A stretch of DNA of 54,975 nucleotides from Candidatus Wildermuthbacteria bacterium (GCA_016186115.1 JACPMK010000002.1:340323-395297), one strand, 5' to 3'. Shown: positions 9,706 through 20,440, counted from the first letter of the stretch. A program made the numbers and translations. The notes: generated from the letters alone by a model not told the origin.

Positions 9706-10833
9706 TCAGGGTGTATCGGATAATCTCTCGATCTTATGAATCTTGATGCTCTGAAGAATGCCGAGAGCTATAAAGTTCATCACCAGAGAAGACCCCCCAT
9801 AGCTCACCAATGGCAAAGGAAGTCCGACAATGGGCAAAAGCCCAAGATTCATCCCAATATTAATAAAAATCTGGAAAACAAAAAGTACGGCAAGGCCGGT
9901 AGTAAAAAGTCGGGCAAAATTGTTCTGGACAACAGTTCCAATTTTTAGAATCTGAACGATCAGCAGAAGAAAAAGTGCAAAGAGTATGGATACGCCCAAA
10001 AGTCCGAATTCTTCTGCGATTGCGGCAAATATAAAATCCGTGTGCGGTTCGGAAAGAAATCCATACTGTGTTTGGGTACCTTGGCCAACGCCTTGACCGA
10101 AAATTCCTCCGTTGCCAATTGCAATTTTCGACTGTAACTGGCTCCATCCGATACCCAACGGGTCTAATCCAGGCTCTACAAAGCTTATAATCCTCTGTTT
10201 TTGGTAATCATGGAGAAACCCAACCCATCCGATTGCTGCAATAACTATTGCAATAGCAAGAATAGCTCCTACGTATCGGATAGGAGCCCCAGCCACAAGG
10301 AGAGTGGCTATCCAGAGAGATCCAAGAATTAATACCGATCCCAAATCTGGCTGAAGAAAAACAAGGAGCGTAGGAAGAGTAAAATAAAGCCCCGAAAGAA
10401 TAGTATGGCGTATCCGGTGCGCCTCTGCGTGCCTCAACGCGAAGTATTTCGCCATAAGAATAACAAGCACAAGACGAATATACTCCCTTGGATCAACCGA
10501 TATGCCCCCAATTCGGTACCATCCATGCACTCCCCTGATTTCTGGAACAAAGGGAGTAAAAAGCCCTGCCAGCGCCAGTACCCCGACCAGATAGAAAGCA
10601 AGAATAAGATATGGATTATTTTTCAAAATGCGCCAATCAATAAATGAAATAACAAACATCGCAATTATCCCAATTCCCAAAAAGGTGAGTTGCTTTGCGA
10701 AATTCGAAAAATCTCCTCTGCTCATAGAAGAGCTATATAACGAGAGTAGTCCAAATCCGCAAAGCAATAACGATGAGCCCGCAACGATCCAATCCAAACT
10801 TTTGATTTGTCTAAGAAATTTTTGAATCCCCAT
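9706..10833 (-). CDS. FtsW/RodA/SpoVE-family peptidoglycan glycosyltransferase
   Basis: ORF 9706..10956. Trimmed to ATG 10833 (MGIQKFLRQIKSLDW...) because the upstream part overlaps ligA. About 10 TM helices. Family motifs QPDLGS, FIFAAIAEEFGLLG, PLPLVSYGGSS. Confidence 0.85.
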   Translation of the reverse strand: MGIQKFLRQIKSLDWIVAGSSLLLCGFGLLSLYSSSMSRGDFSNFAKQLTFLGIGIIAMFVISFIDWRILKNNPYLILAFYLVGVLALAGLFTPFVPEIRGVHGWYRIGGISVDPREYIRLVLVILMAKYFALRHAEAHRIRHTILSGLYFTLPTLLVFLQPDLGSVLILGSLWIATLLVAGAPIRYVGAILAIAIVIAAIGWVGFLHDYQKQRIISFVEPGLDPLGIGWSQLQSKIAIGNGGIFGQGVGQGTQTQYGFLSEPHTDFIFAAIAEEFGLLGVSILFALFLLLIVQILKIGTVVQNNFARLFTTGLAVLFVFQIFINIGMNLGLLPIVGLPLPLVSYGGSSLVMNFIALGILQSIKIHKIERLSDTP

Positions 10834-10853
10834 GCAAAAATGTATTGTAGGAT

Positions 10854-12952
<2,099 letters not shown>

Positions 12953-12968
12953 TTAAGGCTCGCTTTCC

Positions 12969-12996
12969 AAAGTATAAAGTATAAAGATAAATACTC
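12969..12996 (+). repeat. Intergenic heptanucleotide tandem repeat (AAAGTAT-type, about 4 units)
   Basis: AAAGTAT AAAGTAT AAAGATA AATACTC, directly abutting the stop codon of 12998..13549. Confidence 0.6.
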
Positions 12997-12997
12997 T

Positions 12998-13549
12998 TTA
13001 TTCTATAATACTGACTGCTCGCAGCGTCCCCTCAAAAGACCCGACTGATTTTGCACAAAATTCAGCACTAGTGCAATTTGCCCCCGGGCTCACAATATTG
13101 CAATCGCTCGCTGGATCCTTACATACCGTATATGTTGCCCCGCTTGAAAAAATATTATCTATTCTGCCGTCAACAGGCACCTTATCTCGAGACTCGTGAG
13201 CTGCCATCACTTCTTTTCTGCAATTCATTCTATTTTCTCCGCCACCAGAACCTGCACAAACCCCAGGCACAGGAATTCCAATAATATCATCGATACAATC
13301 CCGACGCTGAACAGGCGGATTATAAGGATACGTATCAAGGCAGTATTCTACTCGCAGCAGTGTCTCAATGCCAGTGTCGGCGGCGTAAAAGGCCTTGACT
13401 GATTTATCGATACTGCCGACCAACTGAAGCCGTCCCAAAAAAATAGCGGCCAAGCCAATTGATGCGCCCAGAAGGATAGTAAGCGCAAGCATTACCAGAT
13501 AAATTGCGATACTCCCTTTGGTAGAATGATTGTTTTTCAAGAAGATCAT
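12998..13549 (-). CDS. PilX/GspK-like minor pilin-like protein (no canonical prepilin cleavage motif)
   Basis: 183-aa ORF. N-terminal KGSIAIYLVMLALTILLGASIGLAAIFL resembles the PilX_N hydrophobic segment. Multiple Cys. Last gene of the minor-pilin operon. Confidence 0.55.
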   Translation of the reverse strand: MIFLKNNHSTKGSIAIYLVMLALTILLGASIGLAAIFLGRLQLVGSIDKSVKAFYAADTGIETLLRVEYCLDTYPYNPPVQRRDCIDDIIGIPVPGVCAGSGGGENRMNCRKEVMAAHESRDKVPVDGRIDNIFSSGATYTVCKDPASDCNIVSPGANCTSAEFCAKSVGSFEGTLRAVSIIE

Positions 13550-13557
13550 ATTCTTTG

Positions 13558-14130
13558 TTAAAGGTCCAAACGTCGTTGCGATAAAGTTGTCTGAAGACGC
13601 AAGGTGGGCTGGTCGCTTGGATCTTGGGGGCCCAATCCTTTTACGTACAAAGAAATAACAAGGCGCGGCTGAAGATTGTCAGCTCCTCCGTCTCCCGTAA
13701 GAGAAAAACTTATGCTCTCAACGCTCAAATCATTTGATGTAAGGGCCTCTCCGTTCACGGGAAGATTCCCAAAGGTATGATCAGTTGAGATCTTTTCAAG
13801 CAACTGTCCATTCTGAAGGAAGATCTCCCGGCACAACTGGCTGCCATCGATAAAACGAACGCCGGTATTTCCACCAAAAAGCTCGTAATTTCTTGCGGGC
13901 GCACCGATACAATCATTAAGAGTATCTACCTGGGCTTGGCGCAATGCTCTGCTCATGTATTCCAAAACAAACGAGGTTTCATCAACAAGTTTTTGCTGTG
14001 CAAGTGCGCCCTTCTGGGTGGCAATGCCCGCGATCAATAAATTCAAACCGGCTCCGATTACCACGGAAAAAATTGTAAGCGCCACAAGCATCTCAATGAG
14101 TGTGAATCCTGATTTGCGCGCAGATTTCAT
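13558..14130 (-). CDS. Prepilin-type N-terminal cleavage/methylation domain protein (PilW/GspJ-like minor pilin)
   Basis: 190 aa. MKSARKSG|FTLIEMLVALTIFSVVIG is a class III signal peptide with Glu at +5. Confidence 0.8.
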   Translation of the reverse strand: MKSARKSGFTLIEMLVALTIFSVVIGAGLNLLIAGIATQKGALAQQKLVDETSFVLEYMSRALRQAQVDTLNDCIGAPARNYELFGGNTGVRFIDGSQLCREIFLQNGQLLEKISTDHTFGNLPVNGEALTSNDLSVESISFSLTGDGGADNLQPRLVISLYVKGLGPQDPSDQPTLRLQTTLSQRRLDL

Positions 14131-14150
14131 TTCTACCTCAAATGTTACTA

Positions 14151-14669
14151 CTAATAATTATACAGCTCTGCAATAACTGCTTCGGTGCGCTGCTTTCCTC
14201 TGTCTTCCCAGAAAACCTCGACCGTTACTGTAATTTTATTGCCCCCCGCGCCATCAACTGTGGTAATTTTTCGCTTAAAAATCCTGGGTGTTCCGGCATC
14301 ATAGCTATACATATTATTCGCATCCAGATTTAAAAAAGTATTGCCATATGCGACTAGACTCGCATCATTATAATCACCCTGGCAACCGCTTAAGCAATCT
14401 GTTGGCGAAATTCCATCATCCCAATCGCTACCCGAAATAAAATTCCCATCCCGGATATTGCGCGTGATTTCCGCACCCTCCTGCGCAAGATACACCGCGA
14501 TAAGCCGATTGGTGTCGGTTGCGCTTACTGAAACAAGGAACGTCATCAAACCAAATGCTCCGCCGATCCCGATCAAAACCACAAAAAATGCAAGTAAAAC
14601 TTCGATCAGCGTGAATCCACTCGAAGCTCCCGGCGAAGTATTTAGTATCTCGTATTTGGTATTTGGCAT
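14151..14669 (-). CDS. Prepilin-type minor pilin (PilV/GspI-like)
   Basis: ORF 14151..14711 trimmed to ATG 14669. MPNTKYEILNTSPGASSG|FTLIEVLLAFFVVLIGIGG. The leader is encoded by heptamer repeats. Confidence 0.7.
   Translation of the reverse strand: MPNTKYEILNTSPGASSGFTLIEVLLAFFVVLIGIGGAFGLMTFLVSVSATDTNRLIAVYLAQEGAEITRNIRDGNFISGSDWDDGISPTDCLSGCQGDYNDASLVAYGNTFLNLDANNMYSYDAGTPRIFKRKITTVDGAGGNKITVTVEVFWEDRGKQRTEAVIAELYNY
14638..14665 (-). repeat. Heptanucleotide repeat block (NAAATAC type, 4 units) encoding the prepilin leader
   Basis: Minus strand: CAAATAC CAAATAC GAGATAC TAAATAC, starting immediately after ATG-C. Confidence 0.7.
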
Positions 14670-14830
14670 AAGGGCTAGAAGCGAAAGCCACGTTTTACAT
14701 GGTGAGAGCAAGGAATTTTTCTGCAGACGCGTAGGTGCCCACGTTGAGCTACGCGAAATGTGGGGTAAAGCGCAAGGAAAAATTTCTTGCTCGAACTATT
14801 AAGAATGGGTGAGGTTGAGATAATCATAGC

Positions 14831-15370
14831 TTACTGGATGTCGACAACGCCTTTGCCATTGATAGTAAGAGTTCTTGTCTGGGTTTTTAATTGCAGGGTA
14901 ATCGACGCCGACGAATCTGCTCCATTGCTAATGCTTGTATTGGGATTGGGAGGGGTAAAAGCAATACTCAAGGGATCTCTGCTCAAACTTTGAATCGTCA
15001 CTCCTGTATCCAGAGGAACTGTCTTTACAATTTGATCACCTGATAGTGCACTATACCGTGTATCAGCATCACAATTGGCATAAATAAGATAAGAAGAATC
15101 AGATAAAACAGTGTCGAAATAGATTCCATATCCCGAAACGGTGCCTGCGCATCCCGTGAACTGCTTTGCCGACAAAGCGAGATTCATTGCCCCTCTAATA
15201 TCCTGACTAACTTTGTGAATCGAACGATCAAGCGCCAGCGATCTTTCGCTGGCATGGATATTAACCATAATTACTCCGCTCACAATAACAAGAATAGAAA
15301 CCACGAGCAGTAGTTCGGTTAACGTAAATCCTTTATTGGAATCTTTTAGAATGGTGAAACCTCGCGCCAT
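14831..15370 (-). CDS. Prepilin-type minor pilin (FimT/GspH-like)
   Basis: ORF 14831..15421 trimmed to ATG 15370. MARGFTILKDSNKG|FTLTELLLVVSILVIVSG. Confidence 0.7.
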   Translation of the reverse strand: MARGFTILKDSNKGFTLTELLLVVSILVIVSGVIMVNIHASERSLALDRSIHKVSQDIRGAMNLALSAKQFTGCAGTVSGYGIYFDTVLSDSSYLIYANCDADTRYSALSGDQIVKTVPLDTGVTIQSLSRDPLSIAFTPPNPNTSISNGADSSASITLQLKTQTRTLTINGKGVVDIQ

Positions 15371-16650
15371 ATGGGCACCGAAGATGAAGAAATTGTAATA
15401 AGTGTTCTTGAAGCGCTGCAACTTCCTACGTTATCCCCTGAAGTAAGTTTTACTGTTTGCAACCCGCTTGAGGAAAAAGTATAACTCGGATTTTGCAAAG
15501 TACTATCAGTAGTCCCGTTGTTATCAAAATCCCACGCCCAGTTTTTACCAATACTCGTCGCAGCAAATGTTGTTGCGTCGGTAAAGCTCACAAGCTGGCC
15601 AGTAATCGGTGAGGCCGGGCTCCAATTAAAACTTGGATCTGGATAGTGATGCAGCGGCGTGGCAAAAGAACCTCCAGAAACCCAGCCGGAATTTTGACCG
15701 TCATTGTCCCATACCATCACTTGCCAGGTATAGGTTTTGTCCCAGCCAAGCTGCTCCCCGGCACTTTGAAATACGTACTGCATCGATGACCCCATTTTTT
15801 GCCCGGTATCCACCACGACCACTGCTCCATCTTTTACCTGAATGCGGAAAGCCGATTGCGTGCCGGCTGGCGGATCGTAAAAAGTCCAGCGCACTCTGAC
15901 CGGAGGATAAGCAGTAAATCCGCAATACTCGGCAGAAGTTGCCGGGTCTGCTTGCATATTCTTGACTTCGGGAGCTGCATTCAAATCGATTTCCGCGGAA
16001 TAATCAATCGTTGCACAGCTTGAATCGTTGCTGCAATTGAAACTGATCCAGCCCACCACAGCGCTTCCCCACGCCCATCCTTCTAATTCCTGTGTCACTG
16101 GATTCCGATCAACTCCATAACTTACCGGGGCGGTATCACGAAATTTGATCCAGCCATCCCAACCGCCAGCAAGAGGATCCTCTGTTCCCTCGCAGGTAAC
16201 CTTATCCAATACCGCGCCGCATGCTCTTGCCCATCCCGATATTTGATTGCTCGCGAGATCCAATCTGACCGGCGCTGCTCCTGTTTCTCCGGGCGGAGTG
16301 GTTGTTGGGTCGAATTTAGTCCAGCCAATATTGGGCGACCACGCGTATCCGGAAAAATTTCCCGTGGTCGAATTTACATTTACTCCGTAATCAAAGGCAA
16401 CGGTTGAAGTATCGTTTCCTCCGCATGCCCCCGAGTCAACAAATCCATTGTTGTTTGCATCGCATCCTATACTATTCATACTAATCCAACCAATATTCGA
16501 TGACCATGCCCATCCAAAAACATTGTGTGAAGATCCTGCGCTTACTTCTTTGGGCGCGAACACAGAAATTTTATCGCTCGCCATAAAAAATACAGCTACC
16601 GCCAACGCGACAAATAAAACAAGGCATACAATGTGAAACGCTCTTGGCAT
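15346..16650 (-). CDS. Secreted/anchored protein with Trp-rich repeats, FN3-like domain and C-terminal PKD-like domain; candidate pilus-associated adhesin
   Basis: ORF 15346..16662 (TTG); ATG at 16650. N-terminal hydrophobic helix. Repeats GWAWSSNIGWISMN / GYAWSPNIGWTKFD / GWDGWIKF / GWAWGSAVVGWISFN. PKD-like FNWSP...VSFTDATT...WAWDFDNNGTTDS..NPSYTF. First gene of the minor-pilin operon. Confidence 0.7.
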   Translation of the reverse strand: MPRAFHIVCLVLFVALAVAVFFMASDKISVFAPKEVSAGSSHNVFGWAWSSNIGWISMNSIGCDANNNGFVDSGACGGNDTSTVAFDYGVNVNSTTGNFSGYAWSPNIGWTKFDPTTTPPGETGAAPVRLDLASNQISGWARACGAVLDKVTCEGTEDPLAGGWDGWIKFRDTAPVSYGVDRNPVTQELEGWAWGSAVVGWISFNCSNDSSCATIDYSAEIDLNAAPEVKNMQADPATSAEYCGFTAYPPVRVRWTFYDPPAGTQSAFRIQVKDGAVVVVDTGQKMGSSMQYVFQSAGEQLGWDKTYTWQVMVWDNDGQNSGWVSGGSFATPLHHYPDPSFNWSPASPITGQLVSFTDATTFAATSIGKNWAWDFDNNGTTDSTLQNPSYTFSSSGLQTVKLTSGDNVGSCSASRTLITISSSSVPIWREVSPF

Positions 16651-16672
16651 GGATGAATTCAAAGTTGTATTT

Positions 16673-16681
16673 ATTATACCA
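16673..16681 (-). promoter_or_regulatory. Extended -10 promoter element for the minor-pilin operon
   Basis: Minus strand reads TGGTATAAT (TGnTATAAT), about 22 nt upstream of ATG 16650. No good -35. Confidence 0.4.
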
Positions 16682-16707
16682 AAAACAAACCTCTACAAAA
16701 AGCTCCC

Positions 16708-16730
16708 GCATTGCTTAACTAAGTTAAGCA
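16708..16730 (+). repeat. 23-nt palindromic repeat, copy 2
   Basis: GCATTGCTTAACTAAGTTAAGCA, identical to the reverse complement of 10854..10876. Confidence 0.8.
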
Positions 16731-16828
16731 CTTAGCGAGTCAACATGCGGGTGCCTGCCTATCAGCCCAGTGTCTCCATAATAACACGTACATTTAATTA
16801 AAGAGGCGAAGAGAACGAAACGAACGGC

Positions 16829-16987
16829 ATGAAGGAAGTCAAACTTCCTTCATGCTTCCTTCTTAAAAACTTCCGTCGACCTCACCAAGCCCTAGGGTAC
16901 GAAACCCCAATCAACTTCCATTACAAGTATCACAAGGTGTTACCTATGTACTCATCTAGTACAAAACTTGACAAAGGTCGATTATGA
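16829..16987 (+). pseudogene. Remnant of a DDE (rve-type) transposase/integrase C-terminus
   Basis: This frame translates to MKEVKLPSCFLLKNFRRPHQALGYETPINFHYKYHKVLPMYSSSTKLDKGRL*. NxxRPHxALGYxTPxxF is the conserved tail motif of the rve integrase core. Upstream stop at 16799-16801, so only about 50 codons survive. Confidence 0.45.
16830..16862 (+). repeat. 33-nt hairpin repeat, copy A
   Basis: TGAAGGAAGTCAAACTTCCTTCATGCTTCCTTC. It matches 21708..21740 at 29/33. Three of the four differences invert the loop (GTCAAAC vs GTTTGAC). Confidence 0.75.
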
Positions 16988-16997
16988 ATGGTATAAT
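16968..16997 (+). promoter_or_regulatory. Near-consensus sigma70 promoter with extended -10, driving 17086..17754
   Basis: TTGACA (16968-73), 18 nt, TATAAT (16992-97) preceded by TGg. RBS AAAGGAGAG lies before GTG 17086. Confidence 0.6.
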
Positions 16998-17085
16998 ATA
17001 GATGAGTAAAAGCACCTTCACACATGTTTATCCCCTGTCCATGGGGTTAAAATAAAAAAACTGCAGAACTCTTGAAAGGAGAGAA

Positions 17086-17754
17086 GTGACCACGAAAACG
17101 CAGGGTGCAAAGAAATCCCCGTTTTGGATTTTGTGGCTAGTTTCCGCATTCTTCATCCTTGCCTTCGTGGCAGGGACGGCTGGCTATTTTGTCAGGGGTG
17201 GCGAAGTCCAAATTCCTGGGGTCCCGGTACCCGCAGGAATACCTGCTGTCGATGTGCCAACTCCAACGCCTACTACTGCGGTGGAAACCCCAACTGCCGT
17301 GCCAACGCCGACCATTGTCGGGGTATTGCCGGGCGTGCAGACAGCAACGAATGTTAACGGCACAACTACTCCTGCCGCATCCGCTACTTCCGTATCGAGA
17401 AGCGGACTCGCAACGCTTCCTGCGGAATTGGTTGGCAAAATAGAGGTTAAATATACCTACAACCTCGCGGTCCAGAATGGAATACTAATTTTCCAGCCCT
17501 CGGTCTATGTTACGAACAAATCCGAGGGGAAAATTACGGCTGTCGCAGTAAGATATGCAGTACGAGATACTCAATGGGGCATAATTCCTTTGGGCGGGAT
17601 TGCAATAGATTTTCCGCAGAAACCAATCCTGCCAGGGGAAACAAGACAGATAACTGGAGGAGATGGATCTCGGAGGGAGCTGCCGAAAGGAGTAGAAGTA
17701 CGCCCCATGGAGACGGAAGTTGAAATATCCGTTTCCAGCGTAAGCTTCTCCTAG
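17086..17754 (+). CDS. Membrane-anchored protein with Pro/Thr linker and C-terminal beta-rich (Ig-like?) domain, function unknown
   Basis: 222-aa ORF with GTG start behind a strong SD. TM helix FWILWLVSAFFILAFVAGTAGYF. Linker VPTPTPTTAVETPTAVPTPT. Confidence 0.7.
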   Translation: MTTKTQGAKKSPFWILWLVSAFFILAFVAGTAGYFVRGGEVQIPGVPVPAGIPAVDVPTPTPTTAVETPTAVPTPTIVGVLPGVQTATNVNGTTTPAASATSVSRSGLATLPAELVGKIEVKYTYNLAVQNGILIFQPSVYVTNKSEGKITAVAVRYAVRDTQWGIIPLGGIAIDFPQKPILPGETRQITGGDGSRRELPKGVEVRPMETEVEISVSSVSFS

Positions 17755-17766
17755 CGCAATGTACCA

Positions 17767-17798
17767 AAGACCCTCACCGATATATCGGTGAGGGTCTT
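17767..17798. terminator. Bidirectional hairpin terminator between convergent genes
   Basis: AAGACCCTCACCGA-TATA-TCGGTGAGGGTCTT (14-bp perfect stem). Short T-rich flanks on both strands. Confidence 0.6.
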
Positions 17799-17818
17799 CT
17801 TCATTTATTGTCGCATAT

Positions 17819-20440
17819 TTATTCGCGAAGCCGGACGCAACTTGCACTACAGGATGCCTCCTGATCGCCGCAACCAGCCAACAATGCGCTTACATACCAT
17901 TCATTGGTGACATCTTTACCCACACTGCAATTGGCAATTTCGGTTTGTCCGTCAACATCTGTTTGACGCACGGCAGACAAAGAGCAGAAAGAGTCAGGCC
18001 AGAAATATCCGGTATATGTGAAAGTATTTCCGTCTCCCTGAACCAAACAAGACCTAAATGCAGTTTCTTCAAAAAGACCACTAAAGTTCCAGTTCGATTT
18101 TGTTTGCCCTCCCAAGATTAAACTTCCAGCAGCTACCGTCAAATTCCCTGAAATATTAATATTCCCCGCTACGTTCAGCATGTACGCGCCGGGGGCTACT
18201 CCAATGCCTAAAGCGCCAGACATTTGATCGCCTGCGGTATTCACATATCGCGCGTCGCTCCAGTTTGTTTGCAGCCAAGCGGTATCCACCGATAACGTCC
18301 CCGTGGAAGTAATTGGATTCGTTGGAGCAGCAGAAAGGCCATTACCAGCCGTAATACTTGTGACTCCGCCGCCTCCGCCGCTCGTATCATCTGCCTCACA
18401 AACAACAGTTCCGTCTGAATTGATACCGACCATTACTTGGCCTAAACAAGTGCCCGAAACGCGCCGCTGAAGATACGTGATATCGGTGGAATGTGTAACT
18501 CTTTTGTTCACCGCATCGAATCCCAGCAACAATCCAGCGCTCGTTCCAAATTGCAACGTATCGGCGCCAGAAGCAGAAAATTGCACAACGCCGCTTGAGT
18601 TGGCGATCTTCGTAAACGCATCCCCGCCAGCGCCGCCCTGATCGGTGCCACAGGTTAAATTCCCACTAGCATCAGTGTCCAGCGTGCTGCTGCCAGTGCA
18701 ATTTTGGAGCGCAGGATCCTCGAAACGCATTCCGCCAGCAGAGGTTATGATAACTGCATTGCCTATGCCTCGAAAAGCCAACGCTCCATCCGTTCCAAGA
18801 TTTACTGTAAATTGATTGGCTCCGCGAGTAAGTCGGATAAAATCATCTGTGGCATTCGATATCGTCAAACGCGATCCAGGGCTTGCAGTCCCAATGCCGA
18901 GTCGTTTATCCGTATTATTCCAGTACAAATTTGCGTCAGAACCGATCGTGCCTCCGCCAGTGAAGAACGCGACTTGAGTCGCTGTTCCACTGCCGCCGAT
19001 TCCGCCGGCCCCGCCCTGATCAGCGCCGCAAATCAGGTTTCCGCTGGCGTCCGCATCCACTGTGCTAGTACCAGTGCAATTTGCGAGCGCCGGAATTCTG
19101 ACGTTTCCGCCCTCCAATATCGCTGCCGGAGGCGCTACAAGAATAGGTTCGAAAGTAATATCTGCCTGCCCATACATTGTCCCAAGTATGTTAATATTGG
19201 GCATCGCATTGCTTCCTACTATATAACGAGAGGCCTGAATTCTGATATCGCCAGAAGTAATTGGCATGCCCGCAAGCGGATTAGAGCAAGTATACGCAGG
19301 GTCAAAAGGTGAAGTACGGACCGCAACCACATAGCTCTGCCCGGCTGTTACATTTACAGACGTAATAGTAACATAGCCCCAAGTAGTGGTATCGTTAACT
19401 GCAGAAAACCTGCTAGTGTTCGCCAGTTCAACCCCGGTTGCCGCGTCATAAAGTCGAATATCTCTCACGGTATTAGCATTAAAACAACGTACGCCAAGCC
19501 GAGTTATCCTTCCGTTCACCAAGGGAGTAAATAGATAACCCGCATTGTAATCGAGGCCATTGCTAACGGTTGCGGCAGGCATTCCAACAGCTTGCAATGG
19601 GTTTTGCGGAGCGCCTACGGTCTGCGCTACTTTTACATGGAGTCCGGCGCTCGGGGTTGAGGTGCCGATGCCGACGTTGCCGGTGTTGTAGTAAATATTC
19701 GAACCCGAAGTTGTCCATTGAGAACTTCCGCCTGCGCCCATACAATCGCCCCAAGCGCCATTTTGATAGCAGCGGAATTTCTGCGAAGTGGAATCGTAAT
19801 AGAGCACTCCGTTTGCTCCTGTCGGCGCAGCCGATGGCTGCAACCGTATCGCGCCGCCAACATCCAACGGATAGCTCGGAGACGTTACCCCAGCCAAACC
19901 AATTTTCCCTTCCGGCAATAAATCTCCAGCAGTATTCAAGTTAAGCACAAGCGGACGATTTGTACCGCTCGTATTCATATTCACGGCAAACTGATACGTA
20001 CCGCCTGATCTATAAAATCCGAGTGACCCCCAACCAGTAACTGTTGTATCGTAGGCCGTTGAACCTCGTGGATAAATCTCGAGCTGATAGCGGAGTGGAG
20101 CCATCTGTACTCTTACCGCCCCCGTTAAATTTTCTGCGGCTGTAATTGTGCCCGCAACGAGGGTATCCCCATTCACTGTCAGCTTTGATCCCGGAGTACT
20201 CGTCCCAATGCCAACATTGCCAAAGGGCACTGAAAGACCGGTAGCATAAAGATTTGCTACATTCACAGCGATATTTCCGTCTTTACTTTGAGTGTCTGAT
20301 CCTATATTAATAGGCGGAGCAACATTGCCGCCGGGAGGCGTTGCGCTTGGCGCAGTCCATGCCGCGAATGCATAAAATCCAAAAAACAAAAGGCCAAGAA
20401 CGCCCCAAATGATAATCGATTGAAAAAGAAACCTTCGCAT
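17819..20440 (-). CDS. Large secreted/anchored fibre-like protein with Cys-bracketed repeats and Cys-rich C-terminal domain
   Basis: 873 aa. N-terminal hydrophobic helix, then AWTAPSATPPGGNVAPPINIGS. Repeats NCTGTSTVDADASGNLICGADQGGAGG / NCTGSSTLDTDASGNLTCGTDQGGAGG / TCLGQVMVGINSDGTVVCEADDTSGGGGG. Last gene of the pilD operon. Confidence 0.8.
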   Translation of the reverse strand: MRRFLFQSIIIWGVLGLLFFGFYAFAAWTAPSATPPGGNVAPPINIGSDTQSKDGNIAVNVANLYATGLSVPFGNVGIGTSTPGSKLTVNGDTLVAGTITAAENLTGAVRVQMAPLRYQLEIYPRGSTAYDTTVTGWGSLGFYRSGGTYQFAVNMNTSGTNRPLVLNLNTAGDLLPEGKIGLAGVTSPSYPLDVGGAIRLQPSAAPTGANGVLYYDSTSQKFRCYQNGAWGDCMGAGGSSQWTTSGSNIYYNTGNVGIGTSTPSAGLHVKVAQTVGAPQNPLQAVGMPAATVSNGLDYNAGYLFTPLVNGRITRLGVRCFNANTVRDIRLYDAATGVELANTSRFSAVNDTTTWGYVTITSVNVTAGQSYVVAVRTSPFDPAYTCSNPLAGMPITSGDIRIQASRYIVGSNAMPNINILGTMYGQADITFEPILVAPPAAILEGGNVRIPALANCTGTSTVDADASGNLICGADQGGAGGIGGSGTATQVAFFTGGGTIGSDANLYWNNTDKRLGIGTASPGSRLTISNATDDFIRLTRGANQFTVNLGTDGALAFRGIGNAVIITSAGGMRFEDPALQNCTGSSTLDTDASGNLTCGTDQGGAGGDAFTKIANSSGVVQFSASGADTLQFGTSAGLLLGFDAVNKRVTHSTDITYLQRRVSGTCLGQVMVGINSDGTVVCEADDTSGGGGGVTSITAGNGLSAAPTNPITSTGTLSVDTAWLQTNWSDARYVNTAGDQMSGALGIGVAPGAYMLNVAGNINISGNLTVAAGSLILGGQTKSNWNFSGLFEETAFRSCLVQGDGNTFTYTGYFWPDSFCSLSAVRQTDVDGQTEIANCSVGKDVTNEWYVSALLAGCGDQEASCSASCVRLRE

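Noticed and set aside
14712-14830. Possible tRNA fragment or small RNA in the gap inside the minor-pilin operon (CGCGTAG-CTCAACGTGGGCAC-CTACGCG hairpin; GTAGCTCAAC resembles a tRNA D-arm)
   Set aside because: Only a 7-bp stem with a D-arm-like loop is present. There is no acceptor, anticodon or T-arm, so it is more likely an intra-operon hairpin.
17819-18100. Diversity-generating retroelement targeting the Cys-rich C-terminus of the 873-aa protein
   Set aside because: I could find no reverse transcriptase ORF and no second (template) copy of this segment in the window. It is retained only as a check suggested under the corresponding finding.
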